This document shows, in pieces, positions 36,850 through 45,060 of a stretch of DNA of 45,060 nucleotides; within the stretch, counting starts at the first letter, position 1, and every line of letters begins with the position of its first letter. The stretch is from sequence record DRR723986_5353. One strand, given 5' to 3'. A program made the translations under genes and the position numbers. The notes beneath the pieces were generated by a model. The model had not been told where the DNA came from. It searched no databases and worked only from the letters and a program-made list of their open reading frames with translations.

Positions 36850-38264
36850 CACAGCGTTCTCCATAACAAGTTCGCGGCATAGGCCCGCCAGGGGCGCCAG
36901 TGCAGTTGTTCCGCTTTCAGCTTGCGCTTGTCGTTTCCGAGCGCTTCCCAGGCCTTGACCAGGCCCAGGTCGCTGGTTGGAAAGGCATCGGGGTCTCCCT
37001 CGCCGCGCATGGCAACCATGGCCAGGGTCCACGGCCCGATGCCCGCCAGTGCAGCTAGCGCCCCGGTATCCAGGCTATCGTCTCCGGCGACCGGTAGGCT
37101 GGCCAGCCTGCGCAGCGTATCCCGGCGCCGGGTCGGCATCGGAAATTCGCTATCCGGCAAGTCTGCTATAGCGCCGGGGGTCGGGAACACCGGAGGCTCA
37201 CCGGTGTTGGTGCAGGCGCTGGCGAATCGGGCGCAAATGCCTCGCGCTGCGCTTGTGCTCACCTGTTGTCCGACCACCGCGCGTACGGCGGCCTCTGCGA
37301 TACTCCAGTACCCCGGAGAGCGGACACCTGGATTGGCTTTGATCAGCCCCGACAGCTGGGGGTTTGTCGCAAGCCCGGCGGCAATTACTGCGGGATTGGC
37401 GTCCAGGTCGAACATCCGCCGCACCCGCGCGACCATGGGCATCAACGGCGTGCCACCCGGCAGTGCCAGCGTTAACTGCAGGGCGTGCCGCTGCGGCAGG
37501 TGCCTGACCTCGCAGCTGCCGGTCAGCGTGCCCAACCGGATATGGCGCCCATAGCCGCCATCGGTCAGCCACTCCACGCCGGTGACCAGATGCCGCTGGA
37601 GGAAGTCGAATACCCCATCCCAGTCATACGGTGGGCGGTACTTCAATTCGAGGGTAACGTGGTCGATACCGGTCGCCTGTGGGCGTCCCCGGCGCATCTC
37701 GCCCGGGGCGACACCGTAGGCTTCACGGATGGCACTGTTGAAGCGGCGCACACTGCCGAAGCCGGCGGCGTGAGCGACATCCACCAGGGGCAGCCGGGTC
37801 TCTGCGATCAGTTGCCGGGCGAGGAGAAGGCGCTGGTTCTGGGCGACTGCCAGCGGCGAAATACCCAGCTCCCGTTGAAACAGTTTGCGCAGGTAGCGAT
37901 CGCCCACCCCCAGCCGCTCTGCCAGCATGGGGATGCTGCCCTGGTCATTCAGTGCCCCGGCCTGGATCAGCTGCAGCGCCCGATGCAGGGTGGTCGAGCT
38001 GCCGGCACGCGCCGGGCTGCCGGGTGCGGTCTCGGGGCGGCAGCGCAGGCAAGGGCGAAAACCCGCCTCGGCAGCCTGGGCGGCGTGGCGAAAGTAGCGC
38101 ACATTGCGCTCTGCGGGCAGCCGGGCGGGGCAAACCGGCCGACAGTAAATGCCGGTGCTGGTGACTCCGAGGTAAAACTCCCCGTCGAAGCGCGGATCCC
38201 GCGACATCCGTGCCTGGCGACAGGTTTCCGGATCCAGCTCTGGGTTGGCGGCGTCTATTGGCAT
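36849..38264 (-). CDS. alkA: Ada zinc domain-AraC HTH-AlkA (3-methyladenine DNA glycosylase II) fusion
   Basis: [22 protein letters not shown], Ara[10 protein letters not shown], AlkA GQQVS, Hh[24 protein letters not shown]. Confidence 0.93.
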   Translation of the reverse strand: MPIDAANPELDPETCRQARMSRDPRFDGEFYLGVTSTGIYCRPVCPARLPAERNVRYFRHAAQAAEAGFRPCLRCRPETAPGSPARAGSSTTLHRALQLIQAGALNDQGSIPMLAERLGVGDRYLRKLFQRELGISPLAVAQNQRLLLARQLIAETRLPLVDVAHAAGFGSVRRFNSAIREAYGVAPGEMRRGRPQATGIDHVTLELKYRPPYDWDGVFDFLQRHLVTGVEWLTDGGYGRHIRLGTLTGSCEVRHLPQRHALQLTLALPGGTPLMPMVARVRRMFDLDANPAVIAAGLATNPQLSGLIKANPGVRSPGYWSIAEAAVRAVVGQQVSTSAARGICARFASACTNTGEPPVFPTPGAIADLPDSEFPMPTRRRDTLRRLASLPVAGDDSLDTGALAALAGIGPWTLAMVAMRGEGDPDAFPTSDLGLVKAWEALGNDKRKLKAEQLHWRPWRAYAANLLWRTL

Positions 38265-38431
38265 GCGGGCACTATAGCGCTGAGCCGGCTAGCCCACTAG
38301 CCAGAATCGGCCCTCTCTCGCGCTGTCTTGTGGCCGTGGTCCCGGACTCCCGGTCGACGTTCAGCATGCGTTAAGCTTGGCCGTCCATCATGCTAGTCTG
38401 GGAATTCCTTGCAAGCCGGAGCAAGTCCGTT

Positions 38432-39670
38432 TTGAACCTGGTCGTTTACGCTGTGCCGTTTTTTGTTATCGCTATCCTGGTGGAGCTGGTCTACGGCCTG
38501 TTGCGCCGGCGCAATACCTACCGGCTGAATGACAGCGTCGGCAGCCTGTTTCTCGGGACCCTGAGCCAGGCCCGCCGGTTCGTCACCCTCGGCGTGGGCG
38601 GCTATGTTTACTACCTGATCACCCAATATGCCTCCCTGCCGCTGATGGACGCCTCGCACTGGCTGACCTGGGTTGTGGCCATGGTGCTTTATGACTTCTG
38701 CTACTACTGGCTGCACCGGATGGGACATGAGCGCACGATCCTGTGGGCTGCGCACGTGGCTCATCACCAGAGTGAGGATTACAACCTCACCACCGCCCTG
38801 CGCCAGACCAGCACCGGCTTCCTGCTGGGCTGGATCTTTTATATTCCCATGTACCTGCTGGGCATCCCCGCGGAAGTGGTGGTAACGGTGGGCTCGATCA
38901 ACCTGATTTACCAATTCTGGGTCCACACCGAGCATGTGCCCAAGCTCGGCTGGTATGAGTGGCTATTCGTTACCCCGTCCAACCACCGGGTACACCATGC
39001 CCAGAATGATCTCTACGTGGATCGCAACTATGGCGGCCTGTTTATCATCTGGGATCGCCTGTTCGGTACTTTCCAGGAGGAGCGGGAGGACGAACCCTGT
39101 GTCTATGGGATACGTGGACCCCTGCGCAGTTTCAACCCGGTGAAGGCACTGACCCACATCTATCTCGATATGGCCAGGGATAGCTGGCAAACGGCCAGAT
39201 GGCGAGACAAGTTAAAAGTCTGGGTGGCGCGAACCGGCTGGCGCCCGGATGACGTCGAGGTGAGGTTTCCGCGTGTCAAAGCCGACCTGGCGAAGTTCAG
39301 CAAGTACGATCCCAGCGTTGGTGTGGGGGTGTCCTGGTACGCGTTTTTTCAACTGGTAGCTGTTATTGGTCTGCTCAATTATATGCAGGCCGCAAGCCTG
39401 GGCTATCTCCCTGGGGTAGTGCTCTGGGCGCTCATGCTGGCTACAACGGTCACCACGGCACTCTGGCTTGAGCGGGCCGAGCCTGCCGCTCTGGTCCGTT
39501 GGGAATGGCTGCGCCTGGCGCTTATCGCCCTGGGCACAGCCGGCGCCTGGCAGGCGGCTTTTCCGGCCGCAGTGGTCATGGCGGGTATCGTCTATCTGCT
39601 GGCCAACGCGATCATGCTGGTTGTGTTGCAGCGGGCTGCGCAGGTACCGCGGATGATTTCAGCCGCCTGA
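38432..39670 (+). CDS. Sterol desaturase/fatty acid hydroxylase family membrane di-iron enzyme (alkylglycerol monooxygenase-like)
   Basis: His boxes HRMGH, HVAHH, HRVHH; YNLTTALRQ; DRNYGG..IIWDRLFGTF; TTG start with GGAG upstream, alternative ATG at 38390. Confidence 0.87.
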   Translation: MNLVVYAVPFFVIAILVELVYGLLRRRNTYRLNDSVGSLFLGTLSQARRFVTLGVGGYVYYLITQYASLPLMDASHWLTWVVAMVLYDFCYYWLHRMGHERTILWAAHVAHHQSEDYNLTTALRQTSTGFLLGWIFYIPMYLLGIPAEVVVTVGSINLIYQFWVHTEHVPKLGWYEWLFVTPSNHRVHHAQNDLYVDRNYGGLFIIWDRLFGTFQEEREDEPCVYGIRGPLRSFNPVKALTHIYLDMARDSWQTARWRDKLKVWVARTGWRPDDVEVRFPRVKADLAKFSKYDPSVGVGVSWYAFFQLVAVIGLLNYMQAASLGYLPGVVLWALMLATTVTTALWLERAEPAALVRWEWLRLALIALGTAGAWQAAFPAAVVMAGIVYLLANAIMLVVLQRAAQVPRMISAA

Positions 39671-41245
39671 TACCTGCTGCGATTTGGGATGCGGCCCCGC
39701 CAGGGTTTCCACGGCGTGGGCCGCAAAGCCAGCCCCGGCCTGGGCGTAGAGGTTGAAAGCGGCGATGCCGTGTTTCTCAAGGTCTTCCGCTTCCTCGGTA
39801 AAGCGCACCACCGCGGCCACCTTGCCGCTATATCCCAACTTCTCCAGCAGGCGGGCAACCAGCATGTTCTCCCGGTGATTGGTCAGTGCGAGCATAATCA
39901 GCTCTACCTTATCCAGGTCGATGCGATGCCAGAAGTCCGGGTCGCTGGCGTCCGCGGCTATCACCCGGCGGTGTTCCCTGCGGTGGCGGCGGAGCTTGCG
40001 GTCATTATCGTCAATGCCCACCACTTCGTGACCATAGCGTTCCGCCACCGCATCGTAGGCTCCGGTGCCGATATTACCCATGCCGAGCACGATGATGCGG
40101 GCGTTGCTGGTGTCCGGATAGGCCTCTTGCAGGCGCGGTGATTCAAAGCGCATCAGCCGGTCGCGATGCCGCATGTAAAAGCGGTGCGAGGCACTGTTCA
40201 TCGGCGAGGCGATCAGGAAGCTGATCGCAATGGCCAGCGATAGTGCGCCGCTCCACTGCTTGTCTACCCAGCCCGCGCTGGCCGCCACGGCGATCACGAT
40301 CAGGCCGAACTCGCTGTAGTTTCCCAGGGCGCCCGAGGCGAGGAGGGCCGTCCGTGGTGGGGTGTGAAACAGGGTCATCAGCGGGAAATACAGCAGCGGT
40401 TTCAGGATAGCCAGACAGCCGAGGATGACCGCCAGGATCAGGATTTCCTGCTGGGGCCAGCCATCCAGGCCGATGCTGAGGAAGAAGCCTACCAGGAACA
40501 GGTCCTTGAACTGCAGCAGGTTGCGAGCCAGTTCCTTGGCTTTCTGGTCGCCGGCGATCAGCGCGCCGAGGATCAACACCCCGAGATCGCCTTTGATACC
40601 CACCAGCTCAAACAGCTGCGCCCCTCCCAGGGCCAGGGCGAGACCGCAGAGGGTGAACAGCTCACCGTGACCTGCCAGCGCCAGTAGCCGCAGCAGCACC
40701 CGGCGCAGCGGCCACAGCGCAAGCAGCAGGAAGGCCGTTGGCTCCGGGATCTTGCCGGTGGAGGAGGCCAGGAACACCACTGCGGCCAGGTCCTGGATGA
40801 TCAGTATCCCGATCGCCAGGTTAGCGTGGCGCGATGCCATCTCGCCCCGTTCCTGCATGACCTGGATCACGAATACCGTGCTTGAAAAGGTCAGGGCAAA
40901 GGCTATGACGAGCATCGCGGAAAAGGTCATGCCCAGATCCGGCAGCAGTTGCGCGGCGAGATAAAGAATCGCCAGGAACAGGAGCTGCATGGCGGCCATG
41001 TGCAGCAAGGTGGTGCCCCAGACCCGGGTCGCCAGTAATTCTTTCGGTTGCAGCTTCAGCCCTATGGTGAACAGCAGCAGGGTGATGCCGACGTCAGACA
41101 GGCTGCGGAGCAGCTCTCCGCCGCCGATGTTGATCTCGTGGAGTATGAAGCCGGCCGCCAGATAGCCCAGCAGGGCCGGCAGTCGCACTGCGCGGCTCAG
41201 CATGCCGCAGATCAGCGCGGCGAGGATGATGAGAGGATCAATCAT
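39659..41245 (-). CDS. CPA2 cation:proton antiporter with C-terminal TrkA_N/KTN domain (Kef-like)
   Basis: LLLFTIGL, FSST, LIIQD, SEFG, many TM helices, IVLGMGNIG Rossmann motif. Confidence 0.9.
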   Translation of the reverse strand: MIDPLIILAALICGMLSRAVRLPALLGYLAAGFILHEINIGGGELLRSLSDVGITLLLFTIGLKLQPKELLATRVWGTTLLHMAAMQLLFLAILYLAAQLLPDLGMTFSAMLVIAFALTFSSTVFVIQVMQERGEMASRHANLAIGILIIQDLAAVVFLASSTGKIPEPTAFLLLALWPLRRVLLRLLALAGHGELFTLCGLALALGGAQLFELVGIKGDLGVLILGALIAGDQKAKELARNLLQFKDLFLVGFFLSIGLDGWPQQEILILAVILGCLAILKPLLYFPLMTLFHTPPRTALLASGALGNYSEFGLIVIAVAASAGWVDKQWSGALSLAIAISFLIASPMNSASHRFYMRHRDRLMRFESPRLQEAYPDTSNARIIVLGMGNIGTGAYDAVAERYGHEVVGIDDNDRKLRRHRREHRRVIAADASDPDFWHRIDLDKVELIMLALTNHRENMLVARLLEKLGYSGKVAAVVRFTEEAEDLEKHGIAAFNLYAQAGAGFAAHAVETLAGPHPKSQQVSGG

Positions 41246-41447
41246 GGGGTTTGTATGGCCATGCCGGTTCAGCTTACCAGTATAGCCCGAGACGTTCCGC
41301 GATCGATGATGTCGTCAGTCTGGTTATTGGTCCAAGCAATTGAGCCGGGACGGGGTTACTAGCCTATGCGGATTCCGGATAGCCCTGCACTTGCTATGCT
41401 GATCCGCCAAGGTGGCAGACACGCGACGCAGCAGGCAGTGGAGCACG

Positions 41448-42671
41448 ATGAATAACGAACCCTATATCCTGATTACCGCCGACACCCATGCCGGCGGCAG
41501 CCATGCCCAGTACCGTGAATACCTCGACCCACAGTGGCGCGAGGCATTTGACGAATGGCGGGGCGGCTATCGCAACCCCTCCCAGGAGCATTACGGCACC
41601 AAGAAGTTACGGAACTGGGACCTGGAAGTGCGCAGTAAGGACCAGGACAGCCAGGGAGTGGTAGGGGAAGTGGTCTACCCGAATACCGTGCCGCCGTTCT
41701 TCTCCAAGAGTATCGTTACCGCCCAGCCACCTCGGCCGGAAGACTATGAACGCGCCCTGGCCGGTATCCGCGCCCATAACCGCTGGCTGGTGGACTTCTG
41801 CGCCGAGGATCCCGTGCGACGCGCCGGTATCGGCCTGATCCTGCCGAATGATATCGGCGAGGCGATCAAGGATGTGGAGTGGATTGCCAAGGCCGGCCTG
41901 CGTGGCGGCATCCTGCTGCCCTTGATCCCGGAAGACTGCACCTGGCTGAAGCCGCTGTACCATCCGGACTGGGAGCCCCTGTTCGCTGCCATCCAGGACT
42001 GTGGGCTGGTGATGAACCAGCACTCCGGGCAGGGCCTGCCGGACTACGGCACCGGCCCGGTGGCCGAGGCCCTGTGGATATCGGAGGTGCCGTTCTACTG
42101 CAAGCGCGGCTATAGCCACTTGCTGATGAGCGGCGTGTTCGAGCGTTACCCGAAGTTGCAGTACATCCTTACCGAATCGGGTTGTTCCTGGGCGCCACAG
42201 ATGCTGGCCAGCCTTGACCGCATTCATTACGGGATCAAGGCGGGCGCGATCGGGGAAATGGATTACTCGAAAATGGACTGGGTGCTGTCAGAGCCGCCCA
42301 GCTTTTACGCCCGACGCAACTGCTTCTACGGCGCGAGCTTCCCCAGCCTTGCGGAACTCGAGGGTCGGGACGAAGTCGGCGTGGAACAGATCCTCTGGGG
42401 CAACGACTACCCACATTACGAGGGTACCTTTCCGTATAACCTGGAGTCCCTGCAGCTGACCTTTGGCCCGGTGCCCGATCATGAACGCCGCCTGATCCTC
42501 GGAGAGAATGCCGCGCGGCTGTACAACTTTGACCTGGAGAAGTTGCGGCCACTGGCCGCGCGTCACGGGCCGACCCCGCAGCAGATCGATACGCCCTTGG
42601 CAGTGGTGCCCGAGGACAGCGGCTGTTACCTGTTCCAGAACGAACGGCTCGCCCGGGCTGCCGCGGGTTAG
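41448..42671 (+). CDS. Amidohydrolase_2 family metallo-hydrolase
   Basis: ADTH, YPNT, AHNRWLVDFC, GVFERYP, WGNDYPHYEG; SD GGAG upstream. Confidence 0.88.
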   Translation: MNNEPYILITADTHAGGSHAQYREYLDPQWREAFDEWRGGYRNPSQEHYGTKKLRNWDLEVRSKDQDSQGVVGEVVYPNTVPPFFSKSIVTAQPPRPEDYERALAGIRAHNRWLVDFCAEDPVRRAGIGLILPNDIGEAIKDVEWIAKAGLRGGILLPLIPEDCTWLKPLYHPDWEPLFAAIQDCGLVMNQHSGQGLPDYGTGPVAEALWISEVPFYCKRGYSHLLMSGVFERYPKLQYILTESGCSWAPQMLASLDRIHYGIKAGAIGEMDYSKMDWVLSEPPSFYARRNCFYGASFPSLAELEGRDEVGVEQILWGNDYPHYEGTFPYNLESLQLTFGPVPDHERRLILGENAARLYNFDLEKLRPLAARHGPTPQQIDTPLAVVPEDSGCYLFQNERLARAAAG

Positions 42672-43000
42672 CGGCTCGGTTCGTGCCTGACCTGCCACAG
42701 CACAACGAGACAGCAGGCCGCGGCAAGCAGGTCCATAGCCAGTAGCGCATTGCTTAGCGGTTCGACTGCCGGCAGCAGCCAGGGGCGTGCGAGGCAGCCG
42801 CCAATGGCGACGAACAGGGTGAAGCGCGACTGGCCGAACAGGCCGAGGGCAATGATCAGGTAGGCCACGCCGGTGGCGGCGCTTATCACGCTGGTCGCGT
42901 CCAACTCGCGGTACCAGGGGCTGGCGACCAGCACGATGCCGATCATCAGCACCAGATTGGCAGCGAGGTAGCGCAGGCGCCTGTTCGTCTTGGGACTCAT
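42668..43000 (-). CDS. Small hypothetical membrane protein (about 4 TM)
   Basis: 110 aa hydrophobic ORF filling the gap; extended -10 TGcTAGATT upstream. Confidence 0.7.
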   Translation of the reverse strand: MSPKTNRRLRYLAANLVLMIGIVLVASPWYRELDATSVISAATGVAYLIIALGLFGQSRFTLFVAIGGCLARPWLLPAVEPLSNALLAMDLLAAACCLVVLWQVRHEPSR

Positions 43001-43032
43001 GCCGTCAATCTAGCACAGGCCCGGGACGGGGC

Positions 43033-43929
43033 TCAGCCCGCCTTGGCCCTCGCAACCCGGGAGCCGCTGGCGCGGCCCAGCACGGTGGAGATGCGGTTGC
43101 CGGCGGCAATCAGCGCATCCAGGTCGATACCGCTGTCGATTCCCAGGCCCTGGAGCATATACACCACGTCCTCACTGGCCACGTTGCCGGACGCACCTTT
43201 GGCATAGGGGCAACCGCCGAGACCGGCGACCGAGCTGTCGACGGTGGCGATACCGAGTTCCAGCGCGGCCAGGATATTGGCCAGGGCCTGGCCGTAGGTG
43301 TCGTGACAGTGCACCGCCAGCTTCTGGGGCGGGGTGTCTGCCAGCAGCTGCTCCAGCAGGCGGCGCATGCTGCCGGCGGTTCCGGTGCCAATGGTGTCGC
43401 CCAGCGATACTTCGTAGCAGCCCATGGCCAGTAATTCATCGGTAACCCGTGCTACAGCTGCGGGAGCTACCGCTCCCTCGTAGGGGCAGCCCAGAACGCA
43501 CGACACATAGCCGCGCACCGGCACCTGGTGTTCGGCCGCCGCCTGCATGACCGCTTCGAAGCGATGCAGGCTGTCGGCGATGCTGCAGTTGATGTTCTTC
43601 TGTGAAAAGGCTTCGGAGGCCGCCGCAAACACGGCCACCTCGTCGACCCCGGCGGCCAGTGCCCGCTCGAACCCCTGCAGGTTCGGGGTCAGGGCGGTGT
43701 AACGCACACCGGCCCTGCGTGACAGCGCGGCGAACACCGCGTCGCTGTCTGCCATTTGTGGGACCCACTTCGGGTTGACAAAACTGCCGGCCTCAATCAC
43801 CCGGACCCCGGCATCGGCCAGGTCGCCAATCAATTGCAGCTTGTCGTCCAGGGCGATGGTCTGTGCCTCGTTCTGCAGCCCGTCTCGCGGACCGACCTCG
43901 ACCAGGGTGACCCTTTCCGGCAGGCTCAT
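43033..43929 (-). CDS. liuE: Hydroxymethylglutaryl-CoA lyase
   Basis: EVGPRDGLQNE, LGDTIG, HCHDTYGQA, GLGGCPYA; ATGA overlap with liuD. Confidence 0.96.
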   Translation of the reverse strand: MSLPERVTLVEVGPRDGLQNEAQTIALDDKLQLIGDLADAGVRVIEAGSFVNPKWVPQMADSDAVFAALSRRAGVRYTALTPNLQGFERALAAGVDEVAVFAAASEAFSQKNINCSIADSLHRFEAVMQAAAEHQVPVRGYVSCVLGCPYEGAVAPAAVARVTDELLAMGCYEVSLGDTIGTGTAGSMRRLLEQLLADTPPQKLAVHCHDTYGQALANILAALELGIATVDSSVAGLGGCPYAKGASGNVASEDVVYMLQGLGIDSGIDLDALIAAGNRISTVLGRASGSRVARAKAG

Positions 43930-45060
43930 TCCGCGGTCTCCGCAGGGCTGAAGTCGACCAGTTCTGCCCCGCCGCCTACTAGTTCCCCGGCGGCAAAATA
44001 GTAGCTGTTCACCGTGCCGGCGGTGGGCGCGCGGACCGTGTGTTCCATCTTCATCGCCTCCATGACCAACAGCGGGGTTTCCGCCTCGACCAGGGTGCCC
44101 GGCTCGATCAGCAAGGTGACAACCGTGCCGTTCATCGGCGCGGTGAGACCGCCGCCGACGCCGCCCCCGTCCAGTTCGCCGGTATCGGGCATGGCCTCGT
44201 GGAAATGGCAGGCTCCCCACGGAAAGTACAGGGTAAAGCCGTCGGCCGTTACCGCCATCACAGCGCGCTGGCGGTGTCCCTGGACTTCAAAATGCAGGGC
44301 GTCCTCGGCCAGCGAGCCCCTGACGGCCACTTGCCTGCCCTGTGCTGTCACCAGGTAAGTCCCGCCCTGTTGTTCGATCTCGGCGCTGTGGTCCTCCCCA
44401 TGGCAATGGATAACCAGGCGATGGGCGTGCGGTTCGTTCAGCCGCCAGCCATCAGCCTGCTGCCAGGGCGACCAGGGGTCGTTGGCTGCCGCACTTGGTG
44501 TGGTCCGCTGGCGGTGTAGCAGCAGCGCGACGGCAGCCAGCGGCAGCTCCCGCTCCAGGTCCTGCTTCCCCTGGTGAAAGATCAGCGCCCGGTGGCGCTC
44601 GATGAAACCCGTATCCAGCTCGGCGCGAGCGAAAGGCGCTGCCGTCGCCAGGTTGTACAGGAAGTCCAGGTTGGTCACGGTGCCGCCAATCCGGTACTCC
44701 GCCAAGGCACTCGCCAGCCGGTCCAGGGCGCGCTCACGCGATTCATCCCAGACGATCAGCTTGGCGATCATCGGGTCGTAGAACACGCTGATCTCGTCGC
44801 CCTGGCGTACCCCGGTATCGACCCGGACGTGCAGGCTTTCCTCCGGCGGCAGCAGGAAACCCAGGGTGCCGGTGGCCGGCAGGAAGTCGTTGTCGGGGTC
44901 CTCGGCATAGACCCGCGCCTCGAAGGCGTGGCCGTTAATGGGTATCTCCTGCTGCCGCAGAGGGAGTCGCTCTCCCGCTGCGACCCGCAGCTGCCACTCC
45001 ACCAGGTCCTGGCCGGTAATCATCTCGGTTACCGGGTGCTCGACCTGCAGCCGGGTATTC
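43926..45060 (-). CDS. liuD: 3-methylcrotonyl-CoA carboxylase alpha (biotin carboxylase/biotin carrier) subunit, 5' truncated by the window edge
   Basis: NTRLQVEHPVTEMITG at the window edge, FEARVYAED, YDPMIAKL, biotin motif EAMKM; directly upstream of HMG-CoA lyase. Confidence 0.9.
   Translation of the reverse strand, partial: NTRLQVEHPVTEMITGQDLVEWQLRVAAGERLPLRQQEIPINGHAFEARVYAEDPDNDFLPATGTLGFLLPPEESLHVRVDTGVRQGDEISVFYDPMIAKLIVWDESRERALDRLASALAEYRIGGTVTNLDFLYNLATAAPFARAELDTGFIERHRALIFHQGKQDLERELPLAAVALLLHRQRTTPSAAANDPWSPWQQADGWRLNEPHAHRLVIHCHGEDHSAEIEQQGGTYLVTAQGRQVAVRGSLAEDALHFEVQGHRQRAVMAVTADGFTLYFPWGACHFHEAMPDTGELDGGGVGGGLTAPMNGTVVTLLIEPGTLVEAETPLLVMEAMKMEHTVRAPTAGTVNSYYFAAGELVGGGAELVDFSPAETAE

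Noticed and set aside
1-45060. CRISPR array, tRNA or rRNA genes
   Set aside because: No regularly spaced direct repeats or RNA gene signatures were seen in the short intergenic regions by eye.

Overview
GC-rich (about 60-68% in the core lines I counted by hand) gammaproteobacterial chromosome segment; gene content and order suggest a Cellvibrionales/Halieaceae-like marine organism, which is an inference only. Left to right: the 3' tail of a Gly/Asp/Glu-rich protein overlapping a secreted WD40 + caspase-like (C14) protease; PilZ, ettA, an AstE/AspA-family deacylase and a RimB-type protease with no rimK between them; ugd; the conserved glyA-nrdR-ribD-ribE-ribBX-ribH-nusB-thiL-pgpA run with a palindromic repeat before nrdR; a retropepsin-type protease; ispA and xseB; an ~11 kb low-GC surface-polysaccharide island between xseB and dxs whose low GC extends into both flanking isoprenoid genes; dxs; a degenerate SGNH protein, a GGDEF cyclase, hslR, yrfG, cysQ, DUF465, an MBL hydrolase, ogt, ada-alkA, a fatty acid hydroxylase-family gene, a CPA2 antiporter, an amidohydrolase, liuE and partial liuD. 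Most notable: RibBX appears catalytically degenerate in both domains; the glycan island looks anchored inside dxs and ispA, with a possible decayed dxs 3' end left upstream of xseB; the secreted WD40-caspase module; and five genes that look leaderless. No rRNA, tRNA, CRISPR array, transposase or integrase was recognised.
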